Below are positions 1 through 9,497 of a stretch of 42,216 nt of DNA, in pieces (the stretch's first letter is position 1; the number at the start of each line of letters is the position of its first letter). A program made the position numbers and the translations under genes. Location of the stretch: positions 1-42,216 of the IMG/VR virus record IMGVR_UViG_3300045988_121331. One strand, 5' to 3'. Below the pieces are notes generated by a model, which had not been told where the DNA came from, did not search any database, and was given only the letters and a program-made list of their open reading frames with translations. Source of the DNA: a virus.

Positions 1-119
1 GGTATTCATCATATGAAAAGTCAAACTTATTCAACGCCGCACCGTCCTTTTTAGACGGGTAATTGTAATTTTGCGCTTTATTCTTTTGCGATTTTTAGGC
101 TTTATTCTTATGCTTTTAA
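1..119. repeat. terminal direct repeat, copy 1 (identical to 42098-42216)
   Basis: Positions 1-119 read identically to 42098-42216 by direct comparison. The unique length is therefore about 42097 bp. This could be a circular assembly overlap or a short DTR. Confidence 0.9.
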
Positions 120-397
120 CTTTTTGACGTACCATTGTCTATATCTCCGTCATTACCAACAAAATTAGCGTAACCATTTCCACTCACGGTTTGTTCAACA
201 TCATTTACGGAAATATCGCTTGTTAAAACTACATATACAATGCCGCTTAATACTGCAAGCAAAGCTAAAAATGTTACAAGCCAAGCAACAAACCAACGTT
301 TAGACTGTTTGCGTGTATCTTGCACAAGTCGCATTGCAAGGCTTTCTTCAACCTTTTGCTTGCCTTTTTCTGCGACATCTTGACAATTACAAGGCAT
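116..397 (-). CDS. small membrane protein at the end of the lysis cassette
   Basis: 93-aa ORF whose ATG directly follows the stop of the upstream gene. It has one central hydrophobic helix (WFVAWLVTFLALLAVLSGIVYVVL). No catalytic motif is visible. Confidence 0.5.
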   Translation of the reverse strand: MPCNCQDVAEKGKQKVEESLAMRLVQDTRKQSKRWFVAWLVTFLALLAVLSGIVYVVLTSDISVNDVEQTVSGNGYANFVGNDGDIDNGTSKS

Positions 398-625
398 TTA
401 TATCACTCTCCCGATAAAATTGACTATCTCGGCGGCTAATATAGTTGTAGCAAGCCCAGTGATAAGCTTAACTATATTAAATAAGGTTTTAATGCGTTCA
501 TTTATCTTTGCATTATCCAATTCATCAAGACGGACACGCTCTGCCAAATCGTTATAATCTTTGGCAATACTGGTTCGGCGTGCTTCACATTCCTTTTGAG
601 TAACATAATTGTGTTGCTCTGTCAC
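398..625 (-). CDS. XhlA-like lysis-associated membrane protein (putative)
   Basis: 75 aa. GTG start 6 nt after AAGGGGGA. N-terminal coiled-coil and a single C-terminal TM segment (LITGLATTILAAEIVNFIG). Sits next to the holin and endolysin as XhlA does in Bacillus prophages. Confidence 0.5.
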   Translation of the reverse strand: MTEQHNYVTQKECEARRTSIAKDYNDLAERVRLDELDNAKINERIKTLFNIVKLITGLATTILAAEIVNFIGRVI

Positions 626-627
626 TT

Positions 628-834
628 TTATTCCCCCTTAACTTCGGGCAATCCAGCAAAGCTATTAAGGATTGAAAGAAGTCCCGCAAGGATTGAAGCT
701 GATACAACCACTTTCCAATCAACCGAGGAAATAACCGCAGATGTGCCTATGGTGGCAACAGCCGTCTGTGCTACGGTTTTCAAGGCTCTCACACCCGCCG
801 CTTTGAACCACTGCTTTGTAAATATCTTTTTCAT
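628..834 (-). CDS. holin (small, two hydrophobic segments)
   Basis: 68 aa with a GAGGT RBS. Carries the KTVAQTAVATIG motif and a second hydrophobic segment, typical of small Firmicute phage holins. Lies immediately downstream of the endolysin. Confidence 0.65.
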   Translation of the reverse strand: MKKIFTKQWFKAAGVRALKTVAQTAVATIGTSAVISSVDWKVVVSASILAGLLSILNSFAGLPEVKGE

Positions 835-838
835 AATA

Positions 839-1765
839 TTACCTCACTTCAATCTGTATGCCGTCAATCTCTTGCCCGAGTATTCCAGCATATCCGTTAT
901 TGCTGTCTTTGGTGTTATAGCCTGTTACCCAAGGCAACCAAGCATTTCTACGGCGTAAATGCGCTCTGTATCTGATTGTTTTGCCTGTGTCGGTTTTCAT
1001 CATAAGACCGTCAATCGGCTTGTTGTAAAGCCCTGCATAATCAGAACGGTTTACTACCTCGGGCAACCATTTGCCGCCTTTATAATGCACGGCGTAGGTT
1101 ATATTTCCCTTTGAAAGATTTGCAAACACACAGCATACATCGTGACCGAATAGCCCTGCATAATCTTCCGTATTCTTGACATTCGGCAACCAAACGTTTT
1201 TAACATCATCCCATATCTGATAGATTACATCTATCTTTGTGGGCTGTGGTGCAGGAGTAGGCTCAACAGGTTGTATAGGCTCTCCCATTTTAGACTTAAT
1301 GAGATTAAGGAAATTATCCCAACCGTATTCATCGAGTATTCTATGGGGGCAATGCTTGTGATTGCCGTAGTCCTGATGTTTTGTAACTCTATCAATACCC
1401 CAACCGTAGTCCTTTAAAAGCTTTGCTGTAAGTTCTGCGGCATTGTCAAGAGCCTTTAACCAACGCTCACCACCCGACTTTGAATAGCATATTTCAATGG
1501 CTATACCCTCACGGTTTCCCTTGCCGTTGCCGTCACTTGCGTGCCAAGCATTGCGATTAAGGTCTATGCCTTGAACAGCCTCTTTATCATCAACCGCAAA
1601 ATGGAAAGAAGTCTCCATATTGTTACGGTGCATATAGGCTATTTCATTTTCTGCGCTTGCGTCATTCGCCGTGTTGTGCATAACTATCAGTGTCGGTGTC
1701 ATAGCATATGGGCATTTAATACTGATTTTGTCCGCAGGGCAATCAATTTTTCTAATTGTTACCAT
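839..1765 (-). CDS. endolysin, N-acetylmuramoyl-L-alanine amidase (Amidase_2/PGRP type) with C-terminal wall-binding repeats
   Basis: Amidase_2 motifs are present (IVMHNTAND, SFHFAVDD, AWHASDGNG, EGIAIEICYS). Three C-terminal YAGL/YAGI repeats follow. The preferred ATG at 1765 has an AAAGGGG RBS; the track ORF extends to 1783. Confidence 0.9.
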   Translation of the reverse strand: MVTIRKIDCPADKISIKCPYAMTPTLIVMHNTANDASAENEIAYMHRNNMETSFHFAVDDKEAVQGIDLNRNAWHASDGNGKGNREGIAIEICYSKSGGERWLKALDNAAELTAKLLKDYGWGIDRVTKHQDYGNHKHCPHRILDEYGWDNFLNLIKSKMGEPIQPVEPTPAPQPTKIDVIYQIWDDVKNVWLPNVKNTEDYAGLFGHDVCCVFANLSKGNITYAVHYKGGKWLPEVVNRSDYAGLYNKPIDGLMMKTDTGKTIRYRAHLRRRNAWLPWVTGYNTKDSNNGYAGILGQEIDGIQIEVR

Positions 1766-1832
1766 TTTTTTAACCCCTTTCATAATTCTATTTTAATTAT
1801 ATCATTTATTTTTAATAAATCAAGTTATTTTT

Positions 1833-3167
1833 TTAATTGCCGTCATATGTTCCTAAAATACCAAGGATTTTGACGCCTTTTTTAATATTTTCGGGCTTTA
1901 TATTACTATCTATTGTATTATCTACAGAGGGTTGATACACTTTTGTTATACCATTTTTATCGGTAGAGGGTAATATTTCTTTATAAAACCCACCTGTTAT
2001 TTGTTCAAATACTACTCCTGCATTATTTGTTAAGAGTGTTGTGACGGGATATAGGTTTGTTATACCCGTAACTTCACCAGATACTGTAGGAGTATATGTT
2101 TGTCCTTGATAGGGTTCGTAAGTAGTGGCGGTTGAACCAAGTTCTATTTGTACTGTCGCAAGTATTTCATCAATTGTGGTCGTTGTGTCATAAGCACTGT
2201 TGTAGAGCCAAACTACAATATATTTGCTATCAGCACCACTTGTAGCAGTAATGCTTGTGGCTGTGAAATTCTGTACCCGATTTGTAACGGCTGTTCCGGC
2301 TGTCGGTATGACATTTGTAAAAGCAACGACAAAACGAGCTGTAGCAATTTTTGATACTGTATAAGTCGTATTTGGGTTGCAAGGAATATAAATACACCTT
2401 GAAGTAGATGCCGCCGTTATAACATTTGCGTTTATATACCCTGCAATGATATTTGCGTTGTTTTTATCAAACAAATTTTTCCCGTACCTTGTTACAGTAA
2501 CACTTGTTAAATCTGAAATGTAAGGAGTGTAAGAGGTGGCAGTTGAGCCGAGTTCAAGCTGTGGTTTAAAGACTAAATTATCTACCGTAGTACCGTTTGC
2601 AATATTGATAGTTATTAAAACTGTTTTATCATTTTCTGCATTTATAGATATACCATTGCCGATATCAGCTTTATAAAATGCATAATCAGAAGTGCTAAGA
2701 TATAACGAGTATGTTGTTCCAGCACCACCCTTGGGACACCCGCTAAAAAAGTATTGTCCTTCTTTAAGAGAAAAAGATTGTTGTAATTTAAAATATGCTT
2801 GTGCAGTTGCTGTACCGCTTACTGTAACACTACCATCAGAATTAACCGTAAAAGTAATTCCGTTGAGTGTTTTTGTCGTATCAGTATATGGATAAGGTAT
2901 TAAATTCTTACTACCCAATTTAGCATTTAATGTTTTAGGTGTATTATCAGGATATTCCAACTGAACAATACTTTTAGGCTCACTAAGGACATTAGTGAAA
3001 TTTTCTAATGTCCTTTCTTCACCTTTAAGATTTTCTATTTGTGCGACTTTATCGACAAGGCTTTTATATTTTTCAGTAGCCGTTGCCGTAATACCTTTTG
3101 TAGTAATTGTTTCAGCTAATCTTTTCTGTTGATTTTTTGCGTCTTGTAAATAACCTGCCGTTGACAT
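1833..3167 (-). CDS. tail fibre / receptor-binding protein with two repeated modules
   Basis: 444 aa, last structural gene before the lysis genes. Two modules each end in LELGSTATSYTPY (2520-2558) or IELGSTATTYEPY (2109-2147). The start overlaps the upstream stop (TAATG). Confidence 0.7.
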   Translation of the reverse strand: MSTAGYLQDAKNQQKRLAETITTKGITATATEKYKSLVDKVAQIENLKGEERTLENFTNVLSEPKSIVQLEYPDNTPKTLNAKLGSKNLIPYPYTDTTKTLNGITFTVNSDGSVTVSGTATAQAYFKLQQSFSLKEGQYFFSGCPKGGAGTTYSLYLSTSDYAFYKADIGNGISINAENDKTVLITINIANGTTVDNLVFKPQLELGSTATSYTPYISDLTSVTVTRYGKNLFDKNNANIIAGYINANVITAASTSRCIYIPCNPNTTYTVSKIATARFVVAFTNVIPTAGTAVTNRVQNFTATSITATSGADSKYIVVWLYNSAYDTTTTIDEILATVQIELGSTATTYEPYQGQTYTPTVSGEVTGITNLYPVTTLLTNNAGVVFEQITGGFYKEILPSTDKNGITKVYQPSVDNTIDSNIKPENIKKGVKILGILGTYDGN

Positions 3168-4348
3168 TATGCAATTACCTCCTCATCTGTAGGTTCTTCA
3201 TCACTTTGTGTTGACACATCATTGAACATTGTGGCAAGAATAGAGTTTATATTTCCTATTTCAGAAGTGATTTTATTATCAACCTCTGTTTTGGTATATG
3301 TTTGAGACTTAGTATAATAATTATTTAAGTCTGTTTTAGTGGCATAATTAGTAAGGTCAACCATACCCGCCAAAACGTCATATTTGTAGACTGTACCAGT
3401 GGTATTGACTATAACTACATTAGTGCCAGCAGGATAGGTCTTGCCAACGCCCTCGACAAAGTTTGAATTAGTGGTAAACTCATTCTCAATATTGTAGACA
3501 AAGCCCTCGGTTTCTTTACTCGGTGTAGGCAAGTCAGCTATTGTCGGTATAGAACCTTTAGCCTTGTAAACTGATGATACTTGTGTAGCTATTGCGTTTT
3601 CAACAAAGCCCTTATTTATAGCATAATCTTTTTGTGATGAAGATGTCGGGTTTTTGATATTGGTGATAAATATGCCGTCATTTTGAATTATTATTTCCCC
3701 AATAGTATTACCATTAGCATCTTTAAGGTCAAGTTCTCTATCGCTTGCACCGTCAATAACGTCAGCAAAATAATCTTGCTTCTCAAGTAAGGAATTTTCA
3801 ACATCTTTACTGTTCGCTTTTTCTGACAACGCTTTTGTAACAACTTTATTCTGTACTGCGTTTTCAGAAGTTGTGGACAATTCATTGTCAATAGTTATTT
3901 CGGGTACAATGGCAGATATAACATTATTTCCGTCAATGGTGATATTGTCGCCAGCGGTCAATTTATCTTGCTTTGTAGTTTTTAACTGCTCTATTTCATC
4001 GGGTGTATATTCGGAGGGCGCTGTACCGAATGTATCAGTGCCATAGCTTACCTTAATTTCATTACTCCACAGAGTAGGCAAAACCTTATCCTCGGCTACG
4101 CCGAATACACCTATGCGGAACACACCGCTTTCAGCCATTACCTCAAACGGTATAGTTAACGTATTCGACAGCTTATCAATGAGAATATTTATAGGTTTAC
4201 TACCGCAACGTTTAAAAACAATCGTATTTGAATAGTCAGCCCAAAACTCGTCAAGGTTAATTTGGCAAGTCTTTCCGACAGTGCCACGAACAAATTCCTC
4301 AAAGCCGGTTATTTCAATTTTTTTTTCGTGTACTTGCAATGTCAACAT
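3167..4348 (-). CDS. tail fibre protein (coiled-coil shaft)
   Basis: About 393 aa within the fibre cluster. Contains repetitive KxD/T-rich shaft-like segments. The ATG at 4348 has an AGGTGG RBS; the track ORF starts at a GTG at 4360. Confidence 0.6.
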   Translation of the reverse strand: MLTLQVHEKKIEITGFEEFVRGTVGKTCQINLDEFWADYSNTIVFKRCGSKPINILIDKLSNTLTIPFEVMAESGVFRIGVFGVAEDKVLPTLWSNEIKVSYGTDTFGTAPSEYTPDEIEQLKTTKQDKLTAGDNITIDGNNVISAIVPEITIDNELSTTSENAVQNKVVTKALSEKANSKDVENSLLEKQDYFADVIDGASDRELDLKDANGNTIGEIIIQNDGIFITNIKNPTSSSQKDYAINKGFVENAIATQVSSVYKAKGSIPTIADLPTPSKETEGFVYNIENEFTTNSNFVEGVGKTYPAGTNVVIVNTTGTVYKYDVLAGMVDLTNYATKTDLNNYYTKSQTYTKTEVDNKITSEIGNINSILATMFNDVSTQSDEEPTDEEVIA

Positions 4349-4369
4349 TTTAAACACCACCTATTATAA

Positions 4370-4969
4370 TTATGCCGTTCTGCGCCACACATACGCACCG
4401 TAATACGGCGGCATGTTGTTGTGAGCTTGACCGCCGCCGACAGCACTACTATTATAATTTTGGGCGGAAACAAAATCTCTATATGAACCTGTTTTAGTGC
4501 CTGTCTGCCCAATAGTTCCGGTATTACCCCTCGGGGACATAACTTGCACCCACTGGTTTGGAGCGTGAACGTGGCTTGGCATTTCGTCAGTAGTTAGTGT
4601 GTGTTTTTTTTCGCCGCCTGTAACGCCCGCCTGTTCTCCGTCTTCAATGCCCCATATAAACGCACCTTTTATTCGTTCCCACGTGCCACCAAATAAATCT
4701 TCGGGCGAGGTTGAAGCCGTGCTTGTGTAAATACTGCCTATCGGGTGAGCCATAAGTAACAAATCAGTTATGGATATAGAACCTAGCTGTATGCCACTTT
4801 CTAAAGTTTGAATTGCTTCGGCATTTGCGGCAATAGCTAATTCGTTCGCATTTCCCTGACCGCTACAATCCTCTATTCCTTTTTCCATTCGGTTAAGCTG
4901 TGCGGCTGTTATCGGTGTTGCCGTACTCGGTGCGTCCTGCCAGTTTGTTTTAGTATAACTTGTTGCCAT
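4370..4969 (-). CDS. tail fibre/baseplate protein with phage tail-collar domain
   Basis: The C-terminus matches the tail-collar signature (GGEKKHTLTTDEMPSHVH ... GGGQAHNNMPPYYGAYVWRRT). The N-terminal TNWQD...ITAAQLNRMEKGI is fibre-like. The ATG at 4969 has an AAGGAG RBS. Confidence 0.75.
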   Translation of the reverse strand: MATSYTKTNWQDAPSTATPITAAQLNRMEKGIEDCSGQGNANELAIAANAEAIQTLESGIQLGSISITDLLLMAHPIGSIYTSTASTSPEDLFGGTWERIKGAFIWGIEDGEQAGVTGGEKKHTLTTDEMPSHVHAPNQWVQVMSPRGNTGTIGQTGTKTGSYRDFVSAQNYNSSAVGGGQAHNNMPPYYGAYVWRRTA

Positions 4970-4981
4970 TATATACACTCC

Positions 4982-6271
4982 TTAATTAGATGTTATTTCA
5001 CTGCTTATAGTTCCCCTTAGGGCATTTATGCCCGAAACGGAACAGTTCAAAATGGGGAATATTATAGTTCTGCCGTCTGTGGTAGTTATGCGCACATTAT
5101 CGCCCGGTTCAAGAAACGGCGCATAGGTATAGTCTAAAGTGCCGACAACATATTTTGAATTAAGCAGATAAGGGCAAATTTTCCTAATAACTTGATAAAT
5201 AAAACTGCTTTCAGTCCCGGAAGTCCCGCTCCAAAAGAGTGAGGCAAAAGCATTGTCACAAATCGTCATATCAAATTCATATGCGGGTGTTGCGTTAAAT
5301 TGTCCTGCGGGGTTCGCCCACATATTCTGCCAGCTTGCGACTGTTGAGCCTGTTTCGTTTGACAGCCTTTTAACTCTGTAACAAGCATAAGCAGTGTTCT
5401 GCAAATCGTCATAGTTTACGCTGATATAATACGGTAATTCATAAATGGGGTTTTTCGGTATTTTTAACAGCAAAGGAAATAAATTACTTGACGGATAAAG
5501 TGTTTGAGACGGATAAACCAAATCTATTACATTATCAATTCGGATAAATTCAATTTCATCAGTAAAAAATAACTGCGGTGTGTTCACAAATTCTGTTTCA
5601 TCAGCAAATTTATGCTTTGCAATTTTAATGTGTGCGCCTAAAGCATTCCCCACAAAGTTTAATAATTCAGATATGAGTATTCTTTCTATCCCCGATATTA
5701 TTTTAAACTTGCCAACACCGAAAAATGGGAAATTCAATTTTGTTTTTTCAATGTCCAAGAAAAACGGTGCAACATCCGAACCAATCAAAGTGCCGATAAA
5801 ATCTGCAAAAGTTATTTCCGTTCCAACGGCATAACCATTATAAACACTTGCACAGTTTGAATTAAGCCGTTCGGATAGCAAACTTGATATAGTTGCCGAT
5901 ATTGCTTGTCTGTTATTTGTAAACCGTTCTTGTGTGATTGTACCTGTCATATAGACAATATATTCGGTGCCGATTTTTTGGTATACGGTGCAGTATTTCC
6001 CTAAATACCGTTCTCCCTCATATCGCCATTGTATTGACATCTGCGGTAAAACGAATGTACCAAACTCAAATGTGTTGCTGTCTATAACACCCTCGTTGAA
6101 TTTCATACTCTCGCTTATTATTTGACCGCCCGTTATGCGTTTGACAATCTTATAATAAGTATCGCCCTCAATTTCAGGGTTTTCTACCAAGTCATAAATA
6201 GCAACGGTTATTGGCTTTTCAACACTATCTTGAAAACACAAAGCTTTGTTTTCGTCTGTAAGATTAACCAC
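4982..6271 (-). CDS. tail-associated/baseplate hub protein (Tal-like)
   Basis: 429 aa, in the position after the Dit-like gene and tape measure. GTG start with a GGCGGTG RBS. No lytic domain recognised. Confidence 0.55.
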   Translation of the reverse strand: MVNLTDENKALCFQDSVEKPITVAIYDLVENPEIEGDTYYKIVKRITGGQIISESMKFNEGVIDSNTFEFGTFVLPQMSIQWRYEGERYLGKYCTVYQKIGTEYIVYMTGTITQERFTNNRQAISATISSLLSERLNSNCASVYNGYAVGTEITFADFIGTLIGSDVAPFFLDIEKTKLNFPFFGVGKFKIISGIERILISELLNFVGNALGAHIKIAKHKFADETEFVNTPQLFFTDEIEFIRIDNVIDLVYPSQTLYPSSNLFPLLLKIPKNPIYELPYYISVNYDDLQNTAYACYRVKRLSNETGSTVASWQNMWANPAGQFNATPAYEFDMTICDNAFASLFWSGTSGTESSFIYQVIRKICPYLLNSKYVVGTLDYTYAPFLEPGDNVRITTTDGRTIIFPILNCSVSGINALRGTISSEITSN

Positions 6272-6284
6272 TTAATCACCGCCT

Positions 6285-6704
6285 TTAATATTCAATGAAC
6301 GCTAACCGCACTTTATCCATAAGCACCTCACCATTGCGAATAAGCAAGGGTGTAAATGTTATGTCGGGCATATAAAACTCCCCTTGCTCATATGTGTGTG
6401 TATCAAAACAATAGTGGATAATTTTCAGCTTTCGTTCCTTTGCGTTTATAATACCACTATTTAAGATATTTTGCAAGGACAATAGCTCTCTTTCAAATAA
6501 GGGCGGTGTATTCCATTCCAGTTTTGACCTTGTGTGGGCTAAAGTGTTGCGGTGCAGTTTGCCTAAATTATCTTGATAACTATCAAGGTCTTGCCGTTGG
6601 TTCGGAGTGGAAACATAGCTTGTTAAAGATATATACTTATTCGGTATAGGTATAGCCGTGTTATCACTCGCCCTTATTACTTTTACAAAATATGTGTCAA
6701 ACAT
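6285..6704 (-). CDS. distal tail protein-like (small Dit)
   Basis: 139 aa immediately downstream of the tape measure, with an AGGAGTGG RBS. The call is based on position only. Confidence 0.45.
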   Translation of the reverse strand: MFDTYFVKVIRASDNTAIPIPNKYISLTSYVSTPNQRQDLDSYQDNLGKLHRNTLAHTRSKLEWNTPPLFERELLSLQNILNSGIINAKERKLKIIHYCFDTHTYEQGEFYMPDITFTPLLIRNGEVLMDKVRLAFIEY

Positions 6705-6721
6705 ATGCTTCCACTCCTAAA

Positions 6722-8686
6722 TTAAAATGCACTTGCGCCAGTACGCCGTTTAAAGTTATTGTTTTGGTTTCTAACAGCCGTGAACACTTCTCTGCCGTCA
6801 ATCTGTACCGTTATAGGTTGACTGCCACCGCTTGTTTTGCCGATGGCGTCCACAACGGCATTATATACACCCAGTGAAACGGCTTGAACAATTTGGTCGT
6901 TATTAGCTACCGCAGTCCTGCCGCCGATAGAACCGACCATTTCAGGCTTTCCGTTTTCCCTTGTCATAAATAACTGTGCCGAATTAACAAAACCGCCGCT
7001 TGCGTAGCCTTTAATTTTGCTTGAATTTTTCTTAACAAAATCATCTTTCAACACATTGCCAGATGTTGAGCCAAAAATTCGTTTTACAGCTCCTGTTATA
7101 ATACCTTGTGCAGCATTATATAATAATTCAACAACCTTTTTAATAGGGAATAAGACATTTACAAGGTTTTTTAAAAAAGTGCCAACGGAATGTGTCTCAA
7201 AATAATTGATGACTGATTTGCCAATGCCTTTTATCAAATCAACGACTGCATTAACAACCGCGCCACCTATTTTTTCCCAACTTTCGGGTTTAATCATAAA
7301 ATCAGCTATTTTATCAAATAAATTTAAACAACTATCTATAGCTTTCTTGCCGACTTTTTCCCAATCTATGCCGTCTATAAAGTCCGCTATTGCATTGAAA
7401 ATTTTCGTGTATGTTTCGGCATTTGTTATCCAATTAACAAATTCATCAGTAAAATCCAAAGCGCCAATCACTAAACCGCTAAATGTTGACCCCAAAGATT
7501 TCCAATCCAAACCTTCAATTAAATCGTTTATGCCGCCAAATAGTGTAGCCCCCAAATTGCCAAAATCAAAGTCATTTACCAATCCGTCAGCAAAGTTAAT
7601 AGCCATATTAAGTTTATCGGCTATAGTTCGCCCCCATTTATTTTGGTCGAGACTGCTAATAACACCATTGATTTTCTGTGCTAACAAAGAGCCGACAGAT
7701 TTCCAATCGCCGTTTTTAATGCTGCGTATAAGAGCGCCAGCAAAACCGCCTTTTACATTCACATCGGCGATTTCAAACATTTTAGAATAATCGTCACCAG
7801 CGGTAGCCGAGCCGCCCATATTGCTTGTAATATTATTGATTTCATCAAAACTCGCCAGCGCATTACGGTTAGCCTTTGCAGTTTCGTTTGCAGCTTCGGC
7901 ATATTCTTTTTGATATTTGATAGCCTTTTTAAAAGTTTTTTGCCCCGTAAGTGCGGCAAATATTTCAGCTAAACGGTTAGCCATATCAGCCAATCTATCA
8001 ACAGCTTGCTCAATGGCTGGTGTAAAGTAATTGATTATCGGCGCTGTTGCCGCTCCTATGGCATTTTTAAGATACAGAAAACTTGTAGATAGCCTATCCA
8101 AACTATTGGCAAATCTGCCGTCAATGGCTTTGCTATACTGATATAAATTAGCCGTTCCCTCTTGTATACTCTTTGTAATGGTTTGGAATACAGATGATAA
8201 CACACGGTATATCAAGAAAAATTGAATACTATCCGAAATTCTCCGCAATAGTTTATGAACGCCTGTAAGGGATTTATGTGCCTTATTGGAACGCTTAGAA
8301 ATATCACTTAATGATTTTTTACCGTTTTTGCCGACTTTATCAAAACTTGCGGAAAGTTTGTTAGTAGACTTTGTAATAGGCTCAATAGCAGTGTTAATTT
8401 CTTTAATTTTTTCAGTGCTTTCCTCGGCAGAAGCAGATATTTTTTTTATACTGTCAGCGGTCTTTCCAAATTTATCTGATACGGTATCTTGCCATTCTAA
8501 TTTTGGCAATTTCATATCAGATATTTTTTCAACCGCTTCTTCCACACTAGAAAAATCCCAGCCTTTTGAAAGTGTCTGCTGCAGTTTTTCAAGCTTTTTA
8601 TCGATTTCATCAATCTTTTCACTTGAATTTTTTGTATCGACTTCTATGTCAATGCCAATTCTATCAACATCATATTCATTTGCCAT
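6722..8686 (-). CDS. tail tape measure protein
   Basis: 654 aa. Long helical N-terminus, Gly-rich hydrophobic middle, and the canonical position after the G/GT chaperones. Confidence 0.85.
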   Translation of the reverse strand: MANEYDVDRIGIDIEVDTKNSSEKIDEIDKKLEKLQQTLSKGWDFSSVEEAVEKISDMKLPKLEWQDTVSDKFGKTADSIKKISASAEESTEKIKEINTAIEPITKSTNKLSASFDKVGKNGKKSLSDISKRSNKAHKSLTGVHKLLRRISDSIQFFLIYRVLSSVFQTITKSIQEGTANLYQYSKAIDGRFANSLDRLSTSFLYLKNAIGAATAPIINYFTPAIEQAVDRLADMANRLAEIFAALTGQKTFKKAIKYQKEYAEAANETAKANRNALASFDEINNITSNMGGSATAGDDYSKMFEIADVNVKGGFAGALIRSIKNGDWKSVGSLLAQKINGVISSLDQNKWGRTIADKLNMAINFADGLVNDFDFGNLGATLFGGINDLIEGLDWKSLGSTFSGLVIGALDFTDEFVNWITNAETYTKIFNAIADFIDGIDWEKVGKKAIDSCLNLFDKIADFMIKPESWEKIGGAVVNAVVDLIKGIGKSVINYFETHSVGTFLKNLVNVLFPIKKVVELLYNAAQGIITGAVKRIFGSTSGNVLKDDFVKKNSSKIKGYASGGFVNSAQLFMTRENGKPEMVGSIGGRTAVANNDQIVQAVSLGVYNAVVDAIGKTSGGSQPITVQIDGREVFTAVRNQNNNFKRRTGASAF

Positions 8687-8722
8687 ATAATCACCACCTT
8701 AATGGTTATTATTTAATATATA

Positions 8723-9447
8723 TTATCTTTTGCCTAAATTCTTAAAGAATATATAGGCTTTCAACCTCTCGGCTTTCAACTGTTCCTCGGTCATACATTC
8801 CTCGGATTGCGCCTTAAAATTGTCTGTAAACGGTTTTTCAGGATAGTCGGGTATTTTATTGGCTGTGTTCTTATCTGCCAGTGTAGCCACCAAAATGGAC
8901 GAATTAAGGGCGTTCTTGAACCAAGCACCTAATTCCCACCGTTCTTGTGCTTTTATTTTCTGCCTTTGTTCGTAAGCCTCAAAGTCAATTTGAATTGTTT
9001 TAGGTGTAAGCCCCCAAAAGTCGGAACGCAAACCGCCTATTACTAAATATGGGAGTAACCATTCGTGATAAACCCACTCTTTGATACTCCCATACTCCTC
9101 AATAGTTTTTTGCTTTTTTGCGGTTGAGTTTATTCCTCGCTCGTTGCAGTTTCCTTTTTTTCCACCGACTGTTGGGCTGCGCGAAAAAAATCACTTTCGA
9201 CAAAAGCTTCCATAAGCGGCGCACAATCGTCAAACGAGCCACCGTTTTTAAGATGTGCCATAATCTCCGCTCCTGCCTGTTCAACAGTAATGTCGCCAAA
9301 CCACGCTAAAAGCGCTCTAAAAGCTGACATACTGGACTTTTTGAGAGCGGGGACACTCAGCCCTAAATCTTCAAGCTCACATATTGCATTGAAGTCAATC
9401 GCCTTGTCGAGATTGTAGTCCTTGCTATTTATTGTTATTTTTTTCAT
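8723..9447 (-). CDS. tail assembly chaperone GT-like fusion via programmed -1 frameshift
   Basis: The -1 frame is open from 9190 down to 8723. The zero frame contains A_AAA_AAG (9154-9160) and T_TTT_TTT (9184-9190), both in correct register. No canonical start with an RBS precedes the 8723-9031 ORF. Confidence 0.65.
9130..9447 (-). CDS. tail assembly chaperone (G-like, zero-frame product)
   Basis: 105 aa acidic protein between the major tail protein and the tape measure. It ends shortly after two slippery heptamers. Confidence 0.75.
   Translation of the reverse strand: MKKITINSKDYNLDKAIDFNAICELEDLGLSVPALKKSSMSAFRALLAWFGDITVEQAGAEIMAHLKNGGSFDDCAPLMEAFVESDFFRAAQQSVEKKETATSEE
9154..9160 (-). 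promoter_or_regulatory. -1 ribosomal frameshift slippery heptamer A_AAA_AAG
   Basis: The minus strand reads GTG GAA AAA AAG GAA. The heptamer is in X_XXY_YYZ register of the G frame and the -1 frame stays open downstream. Confidence 0.6.
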
Positions 9448-9497
9448 AATTAACTCCTCGGTTATAAAAAATGTTCAATCTTTGACTGATTATTTTA

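Noticed and set aside
596-958. Plus-strand track ORFs antisense to clear minus-strand genes. Examples: 596-958, 1541-1873, 5580-5834, 7206-7790, 8286-8690, 10475-10870, 15805-16158, 17218-17640, 17686-18105, 27683-28489, 30658-31098, 37284-37835.
   Set aside because: They are shadow ORFs. They lack ribosome-binding sites, have low-complexity or Phe/Leu/Ser-rich translations, and fully overlap genes with recognisable motifs on the other strand.
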